Below the pieces are notes generated by a model. The model was not told the origin of the DNA. It saw nothing but the letters and a program-made list of their open reading frames with translations, and searched no databases. 64,000 nucleotides of DNA from Selaginella moellendorffii (lineage: Eukaryota; Plantae; Lycopodiophyta). Shown here piece after piece: positions 1 to 12,299 of this stretch. How positions within the stretch are numbered: the stretch's first letter is position 1; every line of letters begins with the position of its first letter. The position numbers were made by a program, and so were the translations under genes. The stretch is from assembly GCF_000143415.4 (NCBI RefSeq), contig NW_003314341.1:234004-298003 (forward strand), read 5' to 3'.

Positions 1-198
1 GTCAAAAAACCCATAAAAATTATATATGTTACATGGCAAGAGCAAGTGTACCATGTGTCATCCTCTCCTAAAAGCCGTCCTGCAGAATCTATACATATAA
101 AGCGATAGTGGGGAGGCTCGCCGGCCGTTGGATCCCAGGCCCGGGCCAGGGTCGGTAGCCATGGTTGCGCGAGAAATTTTTCTGATGTTTGCTCCCGG

Positions 199-928
199 CC
201 AATGGGAGGCGGCCAAGCCGCATGGGGCGGGAGAAGAAGGCACAGCGACACGTGTGCCAGTGGTGTCCTGCCCCCGTGCCCGTTCTTCTGAATGCCTCGA
301 CTGGCTCGACACCCAGGAGCCAGACTCAGTCCTCTATGTCGCATTCGGCAGCAGCATAGCGAAGCTTTCGCAGGAGGAATTCGAGGAGCTCGTGCTCGGT
401 TTGGAGGCGAGCAAGGTGCCGTTCTTGCTCACAGTCAGGCCGCCCCAGTTCGTGGACGAGGGCGACACGACAGTCCTGGTGAAGAACAGTGACTTCTACA
501 AGAACTTCGTCGAGCGGACCAAGGGACGAGACCTGGTGGTTTCATGGGCGCCGCAGAGAGAAGTTCTGGCGCACAGGGCAGTGGCTGGATTCGTGAGCCA
601 CTGCGGATGGAACTCGGTCCTGGAGAGCGTCTCCAGCGGCGTGCCGATCATCTGCTGGCCTCGGATATACGAGGAGGGGCTCAACCGCAAGATCATGGCG
701 GAGAGGTGCCGCATCGGGGTGGAAGTTTCGGACGGGAGGAGCTCCGACGTGTTTGTGAAGCGGGAGGAGATTGCTGAGGCCATTGCGAGGATCTTTAGCG
801 ACAAAGCTCGAAAGGCGAGAGCGAGGGAATTCAGGGACCAATGGGAGGCGGCCAAGCCGCGTGGGGCGGGAGAAGAAGGCACAGCGACACGTGTGCCAGT
901 GGTGTCCTGCCCCCGTGCCCGTTCTTCT
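199..928 (+). repeat. 91-bp direct repeat (199-289 and 838-928) bracketing the UGT fragment
   Basis: ccaatgggaggcggccaagccgc...cccgttcttct occurs twice with one mismatch (cat/cgt). Confidence 0.95.
290..837 (+). pseudogene. Captured C-terminal fragment of a family-1 UDP-glycosyltransferase inside the Helitron
   Basis: CLDWLD..SVLYVAFGS and PSPG box WAPQREVLAHRAVAGFVSHCGWNSVLESVSSGVPIICWPRIYEE. No N-terminal half. Lies in chimeric ORF 161-964. Confidence 0.9.
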
Positions 929-1000
929 TGCCTCGCCCTGGATGCCCTGCAGCAATTGAGCTAACGCTTGCTTGCTGGAACGCTTGCTTGCCGGATCAGT

Positions 1001-1150
1001 GGCATTCGCAGCAATTGTGCTTCTTCCTGCAAAGGTCTGTGTTCACAGTCAGCCCAGCAGCCGCTAATTTGGCCCCTGGCAATCGCAGCAATTGTGCTTC
1101 TTCCTGCAAAGGTCTGTGTTCACAGTCAGCCCAGCAGCCGCTAATTTGCC
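1001..1150 (+). repeat. Tandem repeat, 77-bp period, 2 copies
   Basis: ggca(t/a)tcgcagcaattgtgcttcttcctgcaaagg...ctaatttg starts at 1001 and 1078. Confidence 0.9.
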
Positions 1151-1621
1151 CCCAACCCCAACAATCTGGATTTTTGTGTGCTGTGAAAATGTGAAATGTC
1201 TTCATTTGGGTTTGTGGATGCTATCCAGTGGTAGAGCTGAAGCCAGAGCCAGCCTTCACATCCAGAACCATCAGAGAGTTTGCAGTCGCTGTCCTTTTGC
1301 GAGAGAGAACAAGCCCAAGGTGAGTTCTCTAACTTGCAAACCCCACCCACCTCTCACAGTTGCTCACCACGCCCTGGAAAAGGTGTGCCAGTCCTGTGTC
1401 TAGGTTTTATTGGTTGCTAGATTAGTCTCTTTTGTTTACAGATTAAGGTGTGTACAGATTGTGCTCTCATTGTATAGTCTTCGTTTTTATTTTTTTTAAA
1501 TTTTTTTTCCAGTGTAAGAAGAAGGCGAGTTCTGGCTTTTACGTAGAATCTCTGAAAATTTTAAGATAAGTGTTTTGACATTAGATAGGTTATTTCATCT
1601 CATTTATCATCCCTAGCAAAT

Positions 1622-4600
1622 ATGCCTCGGCTTCGCGAAGTATTAAGAGGCATACGTCACCATTTGCCTCCAACTATTGACACTAGCACATATAATCATA
1701 TTCACAACAACCTTGCATCTGGTAATGAAGAAACTAATCTAGACCTTGAACATGCTAATGCAAAAATTACTTCAAATCTCGACAATGCTAATACAAACAT
1801 AGCATATGCTAATGAAGGTCATACAAATATAAACCTTGAAAATGCTAATGAAACTAATACAAATACATGTAATCATCACAGTTATACTATCTATAAATTA
1901 GCACATCAAAAGAATTATAATGACCATACAATACAACTGTTTAATATTGGAAATATGTCATCCGTATGTGTCTTTTGTGGTGCATTACATTTTGAAAATG
2001 AGTCAAGATCAATGTGCTGCCAGAATGGAAAGGTTTCCCTTCCCCAGCTTTCATCTTTACCTACTACATTGCGTATGCTTTTTAATGAAAATAGAAACTC
2101 CAATTTTAAAATTAACATAAGAAATTTCAACAGTGCTTTGGCTTTTGCATCAATGGGTGCTAATATTGATAATTTAAGTGGTAAAGGCCCATATTGCTTT
2201 AGAATACATGGTCAAATTTATCACAAAATTGCTTCAGCATATCCTACAGCTAACGTGCCACCATCATATGGACAACTTTACATGCTTGACACTTCTGAGG
2301 CTACAAATATTAGAAAGCAAAACCCATTCAACACAAATTGTGATTCTAATTTATTATTACAATTAGATAACTTGCTAAGAATAATAAACCCGTATGCACA
2401 AGCTTTTCAAATGATGTATAATCTTGAATCACAAGAACAACATCGCTCAATTTGCAATGGAACCCCAAAACGTGGTGTTTACATGATTGTTAGAAGTGAA
2501 AGTACTAATCTACATTGTTATAATTTGCCACAAACTAATGATGTTGCTATTGTTTTCGCTATTGATGAGGGTGAGCCATCTCTTGACAGAGAAATATGCA
2601 TACATCCATATAACTCACAGCCAATAAAAATCTCTATTCGTAATGAAAATTGTGATCCTATGGTTTATCCTTTACTTTTACCATTTGGTGATAAAGGTTG
2701 GCATGAAAAAATCTATCACAATGAGTCGCATGTAACGCTACTCCAGTACTATGCATATCGATTATCTCAACGAGATAGCATTGGCAACTCTTTCCTTTAT
2801 GATCAATTGCTACATGCTGGGAAACTCACTCAACAATTTATAGTTGATGCTTATGTAAAGGTTGAATCTAACAACCTTAATTTCTTTCGCACTCATCAAA
2901 AACACTTAAAAGTGGATTACTACACAGGTCTTATGGACTATGTTAGCAACAGAGCTGCTACTAATAATGCTGAACCTAGAAAAATTGTAATTTTGCCTTC
3001 TACATTTCCTGGTAGCCCACGAGCAATGCAACAACATTATCAAGATGCTATTGCTATTGTCACACATTTTGGAAAACCTGACTTATTTATTACATTTACA
3101 TGCAACCCAAAGTGGCCTGAAATTGTGCAAAACTTACAGTTGAATGAATCACCTGAGGATCGACCTGATCTTATTTCAAGAGTTTTCAACTTAAAGCTTA
3201 AAGAATTCCTACATGACATAAGTATCAAAGGAATTTTTGGGAAGTGCATCGCATATGTTTATGTTATTGAATTCCAGAAAAGAGGTTTGCCTCATTGTCA
3301 TTTCTTAGCAATGTTATCAAGCGAAGATAAGATAAGAAATCGAGACTCAGTTGATGAATTTGTCACTGCACAGTTGCCACACCCACTGTTAGAACCAGAA
3401 TTGCATAACATAATTATAAATCATATGATACATGGTCCATGTGGTAATTTAAATCCTAGAAGCCCTTGCATGGAAAATAACAAATGCTCTAAGAATTATC
3501 CAAAAGAATTTAATGTTGAAACCATTTATTGTGTTGATGGTTATCCTGATTACTACCGTCCCAATAACGGGTGCACTTTCATAAAAAATGGTTGTACTAT
3601 TGACAACAGATGGGTTGTTCCTTATAATAAATACCTTTGTAAGAAATATCAAGCACACATCAATGTAGAGATCTGTGCTTCTATTAAAAGTATTAAATAT
3701 TTATTTCAATATGTATACAAAGGTTATGACTGTGCAACATTAGAATTCCTAACTGCATCTGAAGAACGAGGGACTTTAAATTGGGACGAAATCTCAAGTT
3801 TTGTCGATGCTCGATATATTTCTGCTCCTGAAGCCATGTGGCGTATATTTAAGTTTCATATGCATGATAAATCACTAACTATTATACGCCTTCCAGTTCA
3901 TTTACCCAATTTTCAAAACGTTTATTTCAGACCAGGTCATGAACAAGAAGCACTAGAAAGAGCCACTCAAAATGGAACAATGCTTACACAATGGTTCAAT
4001 TTAAACATGCAAGATACTAATGCAAGGCAATATACATATGCTCAAATTCCATTATATTACACATATAACAAATCCTCTCATAGATGGCAATTACGCCAGC
4101 GAAAAGCTAAACTCATACCAAGAATGTATTCCATATCTCCTTCTAATAGTGAGTTATACCACTTACGGCTTATATTACTCTATAAAAAAGGTGCTATATC
4201 ATTTGAGGATATATGTACTGTCGAAGGTGTTACTTTCTCCTCTTTTAAACAAGCAGCTATGGCAATGGGACTTTTAGCAGATGATTCAGAATGGCAACGC
4301 TGCATGCAAGAAGCTTCTACTTTTAAAATGCCATCCCAATTAAGACTGTTATTTGTTTTTATTTGTTTGTATTGTTCACCAAAAGATCCAAATCTATTAT
4401 GGGATCAATTCAAAATTGATATGTCTGAGGATTATGCTAGAAATGACATAAACTATTTTGACATTGCTTTAGTCGATATCAATTCAAAATTCCAACTACA
4501 CAATAAATCTAATTATGATTTTGGTTTACCACTCCCAACTCTTACTCCCATTACCAAACACATGCTTAATACAGAGATCCCTGACCCATCACAAGACCAA

Positions 4601-5902
4601 ATAAATGCAAACATAAATCAATTCAGTTATGAACAACGTTATATTTTTGAACTCATTATAAATGCCATTGATACTAACCAACATCAATGTTTCTTTATTG
4701 ATGGACCTGGTGGTACTGGAAAAACTTTTCTACTTAATACCATCATTACAGCATTACAATTAAAAAAAATAAAAGTAATCAGTATGGCATGGACTGGGAT
4801 TGCAAGCATTTTGCTAAAATATGGTCAAACGGCACATATGACTTTTAAACTTCCTGTTCCTTTAAATGAAACTTCTGTCTCTGCTTTAACAATTAATAGT
4901 GATGCTGGAAAAACCATTAAACAAGCAAATGTTCTCATATGGGATGAAATTAGTATGGTTCATACACATGCTTTCTCTGTGGTTGATAAATGTTTAAAAC
5001 ATCTCAAATGTAATTCTAAACCATTTGGAGGCGTTATAGTGATTACAAGTGGTGACTTTCGTCAAACCCTTCCTGTTGTTCCCCATGGCCATAGAACTTC
5101 TATTATTTCAAGCTCAGTTAAAATGAATAGACTATGGTCACTCTTTACAACACTAACATTAACAAAGAATATGCGTTCAAGTAATCTTTGTTTTTCTGAA
5201 TGGCTTCTCAAACTTGGCAACGGTGATAGTAGTTTACAGTTGCCATGTCTCCCACCAGATATTATCAAAATACCACATGCATTATCTATCACTACATCTG
5301 TTGTAAACTTTGTTTTCCCAAATACCGATGATATTACAAATACTTATACAGCTGCATCAAAGGTTATTCTCACCCCACTCAATGACGACACATTCAGAAT
5401 AAATAATGACATTGTTGAAAGACTACCAGGTGATCCATATGTTTATTTGAGCATTGACACAGTTGACTCAGATCACCTGGAAGAGTTCCCAATTGAATTC
5501 TTAAATTCAATCACCCCATCGGGACTACCACCACACAAATTAATTCTAAAACAAAATGTGATTTTGATTCTTCTTAGGAACATATCTCCACAAATTGGTT
5601 TATGCAATGGCACTCGCCTCATTCTCAAGCAAGCATCTCAAAACGTTTTAGATTGTGAAATTATCACGGGACAATTCAAGGGATCGCGAGTTTTTATTCC
5701 ACGTATTACCCTTACACCTTCTGATGTTGAAATCCCTTTCAAGATGTCTCGAAGACAATTCCCAGTTCGTCTGGGTTATTGCTTAACTATTTCTAAAGCC
5801 CAAGGCCAAACTTTCGACCGTGTTGGCATTTACCTCCCCCAACCTGTTTTCACACATGGTCAACTTTATGTTGCTCTGTCAAGGTGTAGATCACCTGAAT
5901 AA
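1622..5902 (+). CDS. Helitron Rep-Helicase (HUH Rep + PIF1/SF1 helicase), intronless, with a premature stop near the C-terminus
   Basis: Zn-finger-like CVFC..CC. Rep motifs PDLFITFTCNP, VIEFQKRGLPHCH, KYLFQYVYKG. Helicase motifs GPGGTGKT, WDEISM, GDFRQ, LCNGTR, KAQGQT, HGQLYVALSR. Confidence 0.97.
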   Translation: MPRLREVLRGIRHHLPPTIDTSTYNHIHNNLASGNEETNLDLEHANAKITSNLDNANTNIAYANEGHTNINLENANETNTNTCNHHSYTIYKLAHQKNYNDHTIQLFNIGNMSSVCVFCGALHFENESRSMCCQNGKVSLPQLSSLPTTLRMLFNENRNSNFKINIRNFNSALAFASMGANIDNLSGKGPYCFRIHGQIYHKIASAYPTANVPPSYGQLYMLDTSEATNIRKQNPFNTNCDSNLLLQLDNLLRIINPYAQAFQMMYNLESQEQHRSICNGTPKRGVYMIVRSESTNLHCYNLPQTNDVAIVFAIDEGEPSLDREICIHPYNSQPIKISIRNENCDPMVYPLLLPFGDKGWHEKIYHNESHVTLLQYYAYRLSQRDSIGNSFLYDQLLHAGKLTQQFIVDAYVKVESNNLNFFRTHQKHLKVDYYTGLMDYVSNRAATNNAEPRKIVILPSTFPGSPRAMQQHYQDAIAIVTHFGKPDLFITFTCNPKWPEIVQNLQLNESPEDRPDLISRVFNLKLKEFLHDISIKGIFGKCIAYVYVIEFQKRGLPHCHFLAMLSSEDKIRNRDSVDEFVTAQLPHPLLEPELHNIIINHMIHGPCGNLNPRSPCMENNKCSKNYPKEFNVETIYCVDGYPDYYRPNNGCTFIKNGCTIDNRWVVPYNKYLCKKYQAHINVEICASIKSIKYLFQYVYKGYDCATLEFLTASEERGTLNWDEISSFVDARYISAPEAMWRIFKFHMHDKSLTIIRLPVHLPNFQNVYFRPGHEQEALERATQNGTMLTQWFNLNMQDTNARQYTYAQIPLYYTYNKSSHRWQLRQRKAKLIPRMYSISPSNSELYHLRLILLYKKGAISFEDICTVEGVTFSSFKQAAMAMGLLADDSEWQRCMQEASTFKMPSQLRLLFVFICLYCSPKDPNLLWDQFKIDMSEDYARNDINYFDIALVDINSKFQLHNKSNYDFGLPLPTLTPITKHMLNTEIPDPSQDQINANINQFSYEQRYIFELIINAIDTNQHQCFFIDGPGGTGKTFLLNTIITALQLKKIKVISMAWTGIASILLKYGQTAHMTFKLPVPLNETSVSALTINSDAGKTIKQANVLIWDEISMVHTHAFSVVDKCLKHLKCNSKPFGGVIVITSGDFRQTLPVVPHGHRTSIISSSVKMNRLWSLFTTLTLTKNMRSSNLCFSEWLLKLGNGDSSLQLPCLPPDIIKIPHALSITTSVVNFVFPNTDDITNTYTAASKVILTPLNDDTFRINNDIVERLPGDPYVYLSIDTVDSDHLEEFPIEFLNSITPSGLPPHKLILKQNVILILLRNISPQIGLCNGTRLILKQASQNVLDCEIITGQFKGSRVFIPRITLTPSDVEIPFKMSRRQFPVRLGYCLTISKAQGQTFDRVGIYLPQPVFTHGQLYVALSRCRSPE

Positions 5903-6499
5903 CTTCGTGTTCAAGTGCTTGCAACCCCCCTTCAAGGCAATCTTATACCACATGATCAACACTTTTACATTGTGAATACAGTCTATGCTGAAATTCTTAA
6001 GTAGACTGACAAAAACATGGCACAATTCTATATCCAACCATGAAGTTGTGAGTTTCAAATGCACACCACAACAAAGCTGGCATTGACAAGTGTGCCTTGG
6101 GTGCTGTCCCATTTTGGTTATGGCATGTGCTATTTAGTTGCTAATGGCAGAGGTACAGTTTTCATCCTATTGCTTTTTGAGTGCAGCTCTCATTGCAATA
6201 TAATGGTTTCTCGCTCATCCCAGGAACCTCTCTAGCAGGCTGAGGAGCAAGTACCAACACTTGCACCAAAGATGGACTTGGAAGTATTCTTTGGGCTTTT
6301 TGTGTTCAAAATGGAGCAATGCAACTCAACAGTTATCTAATCTAGCTTATATAATGCTTATAACACATTTGGTTATGAGAATGTCTTTCAATTGTGGAGT
6401 TGATCAAACAGCAAACTTAGCTAAGCTTAGAAAACCTCTTCAAATGGCATCAAATTTGCCAACCACCCAGCATTTGCTGGGCAATTGCTAGTTCAAGAA

Positions 6500-9400
6500 A
6501 TAAAACACCACTTTTCTGTTGCTGATGTGGCACAAATCACACCACTCCCAGATTCTAAGCCTAGACACTAAAACATGTTGTGGGTGGAAGCCCAAAACAC
6601 TTCTCTCCTTGGGGTTGGTGGGGTGGAGGTGTAACACTGTTGGGGGTTCCAAAAGTATAGTGGTGTTGGAAGAGTTGGAAGAGTTAGGTAGTTGAGGTGG
6701 AGTTCAAGTATGAGTATGCGTATGAGTCTGGCACTGAGTTTTGGGCAAGCTCCCTCTGCACGTGGCATGCTGCAAGTGGGGTGGGCTTGCATGCTCCAAT
6801 TGGCTCTGACTTTGGCTCTGGTTTTGCTACCCTCAATACCACACTCCCTGCTCACTATCGGGACAAGGAGACTTAGTCAGACTAGAGGTCTGGATCTTTG
6901 CATGTGGTAGTGGTGAGCTGGTTGGTAGTTAATCCTCGTGATGTGGTAGTATGTGCCTTTGGTAGAGGATTGCACACCCATTGCTATGTGAAAAACATAT
7001 GCCTATGATTGGTCCTAGCCAATGCTCTGGCATAACCAAGAGAACTCAGGTGACCAACATGTAAGGTGTTCCACAATTTGGCCTAGCCTCTCACTTTTGT
7101 GTGTTCTCTTGGGGCAGTAGGGGGTGTATTGCTCACCCCCTCCCAAGTGCACACCCCTTGCTGTATTGAGACCATTTGAGTCTGGATCCAGGTCCAGATC
7201 TAGGTGGGCAATCCCCATATTTGTTTTGGGGCAGTAGGAGTGTGTTACTCACCCCCTCCCAAGCTTTGACATGGGTGAGCTCAGCTGCATGGGGGCTTAA
7301 ACTGGTGCTTCACAGTTGAGGAATTAACACTCTAGACACCTACCCTTTATTAAAAGTGTATATGATGGAGGGAGCAAGAAATTGAATAATCTATGCTATT
7401 CAACAACCTTTGGGAATCTTAGGCAGAGGATATTTTTCTACCTAGCAAAAGGTTTGGTTACTCTATAATATGAAAAAGTTTTCTCCTGCTTGAAACTCCG
7501 ATTGTAATGACAACTTTAAAGTTTACAGTTGTTTGCAAAAAATTTCAAGCAATGAATCAAAATTTTCAGCTGTTAAGTGATGACGTTGCTAGTTAAATAG
7601 CAACAAAATTTGAAGAGATCAATAAAACAATTGCAAAAAATTTTAAAGGCCCAGAGCAAGAAAATAGTTTTTTACACCAACTTTGACTATAGGGAGTTTG
7701 AAGCTTTTGACATTGTCTATAAGGTGTACTCATACCTCATCTTTTTCTTTTAAAGAATTCCCTAAGGCTAAAGGATCCCCCAGAATCATGATTGGAATAA
7801 TAAAGAATTTATAAGATTGAGTTCAAGATTAAGTTTAAAACCAAGTCCAAAACTGAGTTTAAGACCAAGTCTTAGATTGAGTCCAAGATCTAATATTGGG
7901 TTTGAGACTAAATTCAAGACCAAGTCTGAAATCAAGTTCAAAATGAAGTTTGAAATTCATTTTAAGTTTTTTGTTTGCTTTAAGTAAACTTGTAAGGGAA
8001 TTGAGATGGTAATGGATATACCTAAAATATACTTGGATATTCTAGGATATTCTTCCATCTAATGGCTATTATTCATTGAGATTAGTCTTGTATTTACAAT
8101 TTATAAATATGTTTATAATTTATAAACTTTCTTAACCCTTTCTAATATATGTTTGATATGCAATAAGATTAATCTTGTGTTTATAAATTACAAACATGCT
8201 TATAATTATAAATTTTATTTGATCAATTGGATTAATAAATAGAAATAATACTACTATTAAGCCAACCAAGCATTGCTACATGCAATGCGTAGCAAATTAT
8301 TTAATTTTGTAAAAATAAATATGCAACTTTTTAATTATTCTAAAGAGTTAATTATTATTTTTGTTGCATAAACTTATTGAAATGAAAAAATCAAGGGCCA
8401 AAGTCTAGGGATCAAAGATACTAGCCTGGACTAGCCCTCATTGTCTCCATAGGTTGGATGATTCAAATGGCTGTGGTGATGATGCTCATTGGACCTAGAA
8501 AGAAAGCCAAAAACAAAATGGGACAACACAAATTTGAAATCGAAAAGAATAAATTTTTTGAGGAATAAAATTTCCTTGTGCCCCACCATCACTTCTGGTC
8601 ACACCAGAGGGCAAGGTGCATGCACTCAACTCGTGCAGTGCTGTGCATGCGAGATGGGCATGTCCAAGATGAGGATTTTGAAGGTGACGAGTGGAAGTTG
8701 TAGATATGAGGTAATGCGAGAAGTTGGATGCTAGAGAGCTGAATTGTGTGCAGAAGTTAGTGTTTTTTAAGACTCAAACAAACTCTAATTTCAAGAATTC
8801 AAATTGACAATGATAAAGTGAACAGCATTCAAATAACTTCATTAGAGTAACTAGCTTGCCTCCTGGAGTTTGTCATGAGTGCCAAGAGCTCAACGTGGAG
8901 CTGCTTGTTACAGATGGTAGTAAGCAATTCTATTTTTCCTTCTTTTCCCTTTTGGGTGACCAGTGCAATTTATTTAGTATGAGCAATTGGGTGGCACAGT
9001 CTTGTAAGCATATTCTACAAAGGAATATTGTTGCTCACTACCCAGCATTCGCTAGGCAAATTGCTTATGCATTATTATTACATGTTTTAGATCATGAGTA
9101 CCCAACTAGGAGCACAAGCTCAGAACTCGAAAGAGGGAAGACCATGTGGCGAAGGAAGAAAAATCAAGAAGCCTGATGCATTTGTTTTTCTTTCATGTAG
9201 CCAAATAAGAAACAAAGTTATAGAGAAATTTTTGGTTCTATCTCCGACTCTGTTCTCTTCTTTGGAGGTCGAGGAAGATGTCCTCCATGTTCAGTGACAT
9301 GTCCGGTGCTAATAAGCAACTTCAATGTCTAGTTTACTGTATTATAGTTACAATGAGAGTGTAATAATGTCTCAGAGCATGAGAAATTCTCATTAAAAAA

Positions 9401-9600
9401 AAACTTTAGCATTGCAAGTACCTAAATCTATGCACACAAAAATATTATGAACCCAATCACCCAATCACTTTTGGATTGCTATATAAGCAATCTAAACGTA
9501 TGAATTACAATATTTACATGGAACATGCCATGTGCATGCAGGAAACTTCATGCCATTCATGCAGCTATGTCATTCCTCAGTTTTTTTGAAGTAATTTGAT
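6500..9600. other. AT-rich degenerate repeat-derived intergenic DNA
   Basis: No credible ORFs. Short internal repeats at 7109-7147/7226-7263 and degenerate aagaccaagt-type units at 7820-7950. Confidence 0.45.
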
Positions 9601-9719
9601 TCAACCCACAATTGTGGAGCTTTGTATGTACAAGAAAGTGCACAAACCCAAGGAGAAGAGTCGTTGATAAGAAGAAACTCGTAAACCAAGAATGAAATAA
9701 TAAGGAAGAAGTATCTCTA

Positions 9720-12299
9720 TTAAATCGCGGATGTCACTTGAGGACAAAACACGTTTGCAGCGTCACAGCCGAGCACGTCTTTGAACTCCCTGTGGATCCA
9801 GAAACTGTCGTAAACTTGGCCGTCCGAACTCTTCTTGTACTCGAACAGCAGCGATGATCGATTGAACGCCGTGATCTTTGTGTAACCATAGTCATAGTCA
9901 CGCTTCACGCTCCATGCCGGCGTTGGCGACGGGAACGGCGTGAGTGAAGCCCCAGCACCTCCCGCGACTACGTGAATCGTTGCATTGAATTTCCCAGAGT
10001 AAACATTGGTCTCATTGGTAACGCAAACCTCCTGCAAAGAACAGATAGTTCTTCCAAACAAGTAGAGAAAGAGCTCATACTCACGTCATAAACTGGACAG
10101 GATCGCTCGTAGTTGTGGACGTGGCCGTAGAAGGCGATGTCCACCTTGTACTTTTGCCACAAACCTTGCAGGCTTTCCCTGCTAAATGGCTCTGCAGTAG
10201 TGTTCTCGCTGGCTACGTACCACGAAGAGTAGCCAAGGACACGGTGAGCGATGAATATCAACCATGGCTGCTTTTGCCTGTCCGCGCTAGCAAGGCATTC
10301 TTCGATCCACTTGTACTGCTCGCTTCCTTTGCGCCAGTCGTGCTCCGAGTCGGCAATGCAGAAGTGTAAAAGCCCATAATCCGTCGAATACCTGCAAAAA
10401 AAAAAAACTTCCTATGACATACTAGAACTTTTCCTATGATTACAAAATCCTATTCGTTCCCTATAGACAACATACCAGAACTTTTCCCTGTTCTTGACAG
10501 GCATGTTGAACACAGTTGATGAAAGCACCCCACACTCGCCTCCGGAGTCCGTTGTGTTATAAAAGGAACCAGAGTTAGGCCAATCCCGTTCATGATTTCC
10601 ACTGCAAAGGCATAATTGTAACCTTATAGTTTTTTTCCTGTGTGTATAGTATACCTGGCCGTCATATAAGGGACACGTGAAGTCATTCCTTCAATCTGTT
10701 CCGTGAACTGATCCCATTGAGAAATATACCCCGTTGCATAGGATAAGTCTCCAATGTGGAAAATAATGTCAATGTTGTCTATTTCTTTTGTGATCGTGTC
10801 GGTTGTGTTCAGTGAGCCAAACTGGAAATCATCGTACATCATTGATCCATCTCTTTCGTGCTGTTTGATCGATGTAGCTGTTAGATAAAAAAAGAGAAAA
10901 AAACATATAGCCGCCTTTGGGGTACCTTTCCCAAATCTCCAAAGATGACAACCCGTTGCAACGACTCTTCACCAGGAAATGGAGGAGACTTAAAATATTT
11001 AATCGGACTCATCACGACCGAGTTATCTGATAACTTATGACCAACGCGATAGCTATATCTGAATAGGTATTGCAGAGATCAAATAAATAAAAATTGCATT
11101 GGAGATGGTGATTTACCTTGTGTTGGGCAATAAATCCTTCATTGATCCAGTATGAATTTGGCCGGGATCACGCCAGCCAACAGTGGACGCTGGAGGTCCT
11201 GAAGAAAAGTTTTCCAATATTACACACAAAACTTTAAAAAACTACAGACCACACATGTCTCCACGAGACAATGAAAGTGTGCTAGCCGGAGAGAATGACG
11301 GAATCTTGTGAAGTGCAATGTGATCCGCAACCTCATACGAAACGAACGGAATCGCTTCGCTGGTTCGATAACCACTAGTCCACGTTACAGTCATCTGAAC
11401 TATAAGCATAAGCATATGCTAAATAATTGTTGACAGTAACCATACCTCATTCCAAAATTGTCCTTGAGCTAGTCTTGGGTATAAAGGCATCTTTAAGTGC
11501 GCAAAGGTGACTGGGCTGGACACAGCAATGAGCACCGGCTGCCATCCAAAAAACAACGTGAGAATGTGAAAGAAGTTACGGTGAAAGTGTCTTACAGTAT
11601 GAACGCCAGTGAACAGAGCGAACACAAAGTCAGAGCGTTGGTTGATAAGACGGAACGCGATTTGTCCATTGCCAGTGCTGACGTAGTCGGGTGAAGCGGA
11701 AGCATTTTGGAACTGCACGCACAAACAAGCAAAGCTAGAAGAGACTCCAAAAACAAAGAGGCATTACAATGGAAGAAAAGACCTTCCACGAGAACAAGAA
11801 AAATATAGAAAACAATCGAGTAGAATACAATGAGAACGAAATGAGTACCTTGATGGGAGCAGTGCACAAATTCGGAGGATATTCCCTATTTGGACCATTA
11901 TAATCGTCCAAGCAAGCCGACGCGCTGCACACATCACACACGAGAAAGATAATTCTGCTCGAGAGCTCCTGTGTTCCCACATACTTGAACTTTGATGGCG
12001 AGAAAACACCAATCCAGTCGTCATTGCTAGCTCCAGAAGACCTTTGGTATTTCACAGTGACATATCCCACATACCCCCACTGAAGAATCGAAGGCCAATT
12101 ACAACATATAAACTGGAAGAAAACATTGTACCTTAAGTCCGAGTAGCTGAGGATAAACTTGGACGGAGGCAGACTCATTGAGACCAATCAAAGCGCGATC
12201 AGTTCTCAAACGAGAGAGGACGTGCCTGTGCTGGAAGCTCGATCCACAAAGTTGCAGCAAAATGAGGAGGAAACAAGAAGCAACCAACGGACGGCTCAT
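9720..12299 (-). CDS. Purple acid phosphatase / nucleotide pyrophosphatase-phosphodiesterase (PAP24/27-like), multi-exon
   Basis: Signal peptide MSRPLVASCFLLILL. Metal-binding motifs FGDLG, GDLSY, GNHE, FIAH and GHVH across spliced exons. C-terminal ...CPQVTSAI. Confidence 0.93.

Larger units (their letters stand above)
88..6491 (+). mobile_element. Full-length Helitron (rolling-circle transposon)
   Basis: 5' end A|TCTATACATATAAAG at 87|88. 3' hairpin CCCAGCA-TT-TGCTGGG at 6466-6481, then CTAG|T at 6488-6491|6492. Inserted between A and T with no TSD. Encodes RepHel. Confidence 0.9.

Noticed and set aside
128-964. Functional UGT gene
   Set aside because: Lacks the N-terminal catalytic half, both ends are encoded by Helitron repeats, and the PSPG terminal Q is E.
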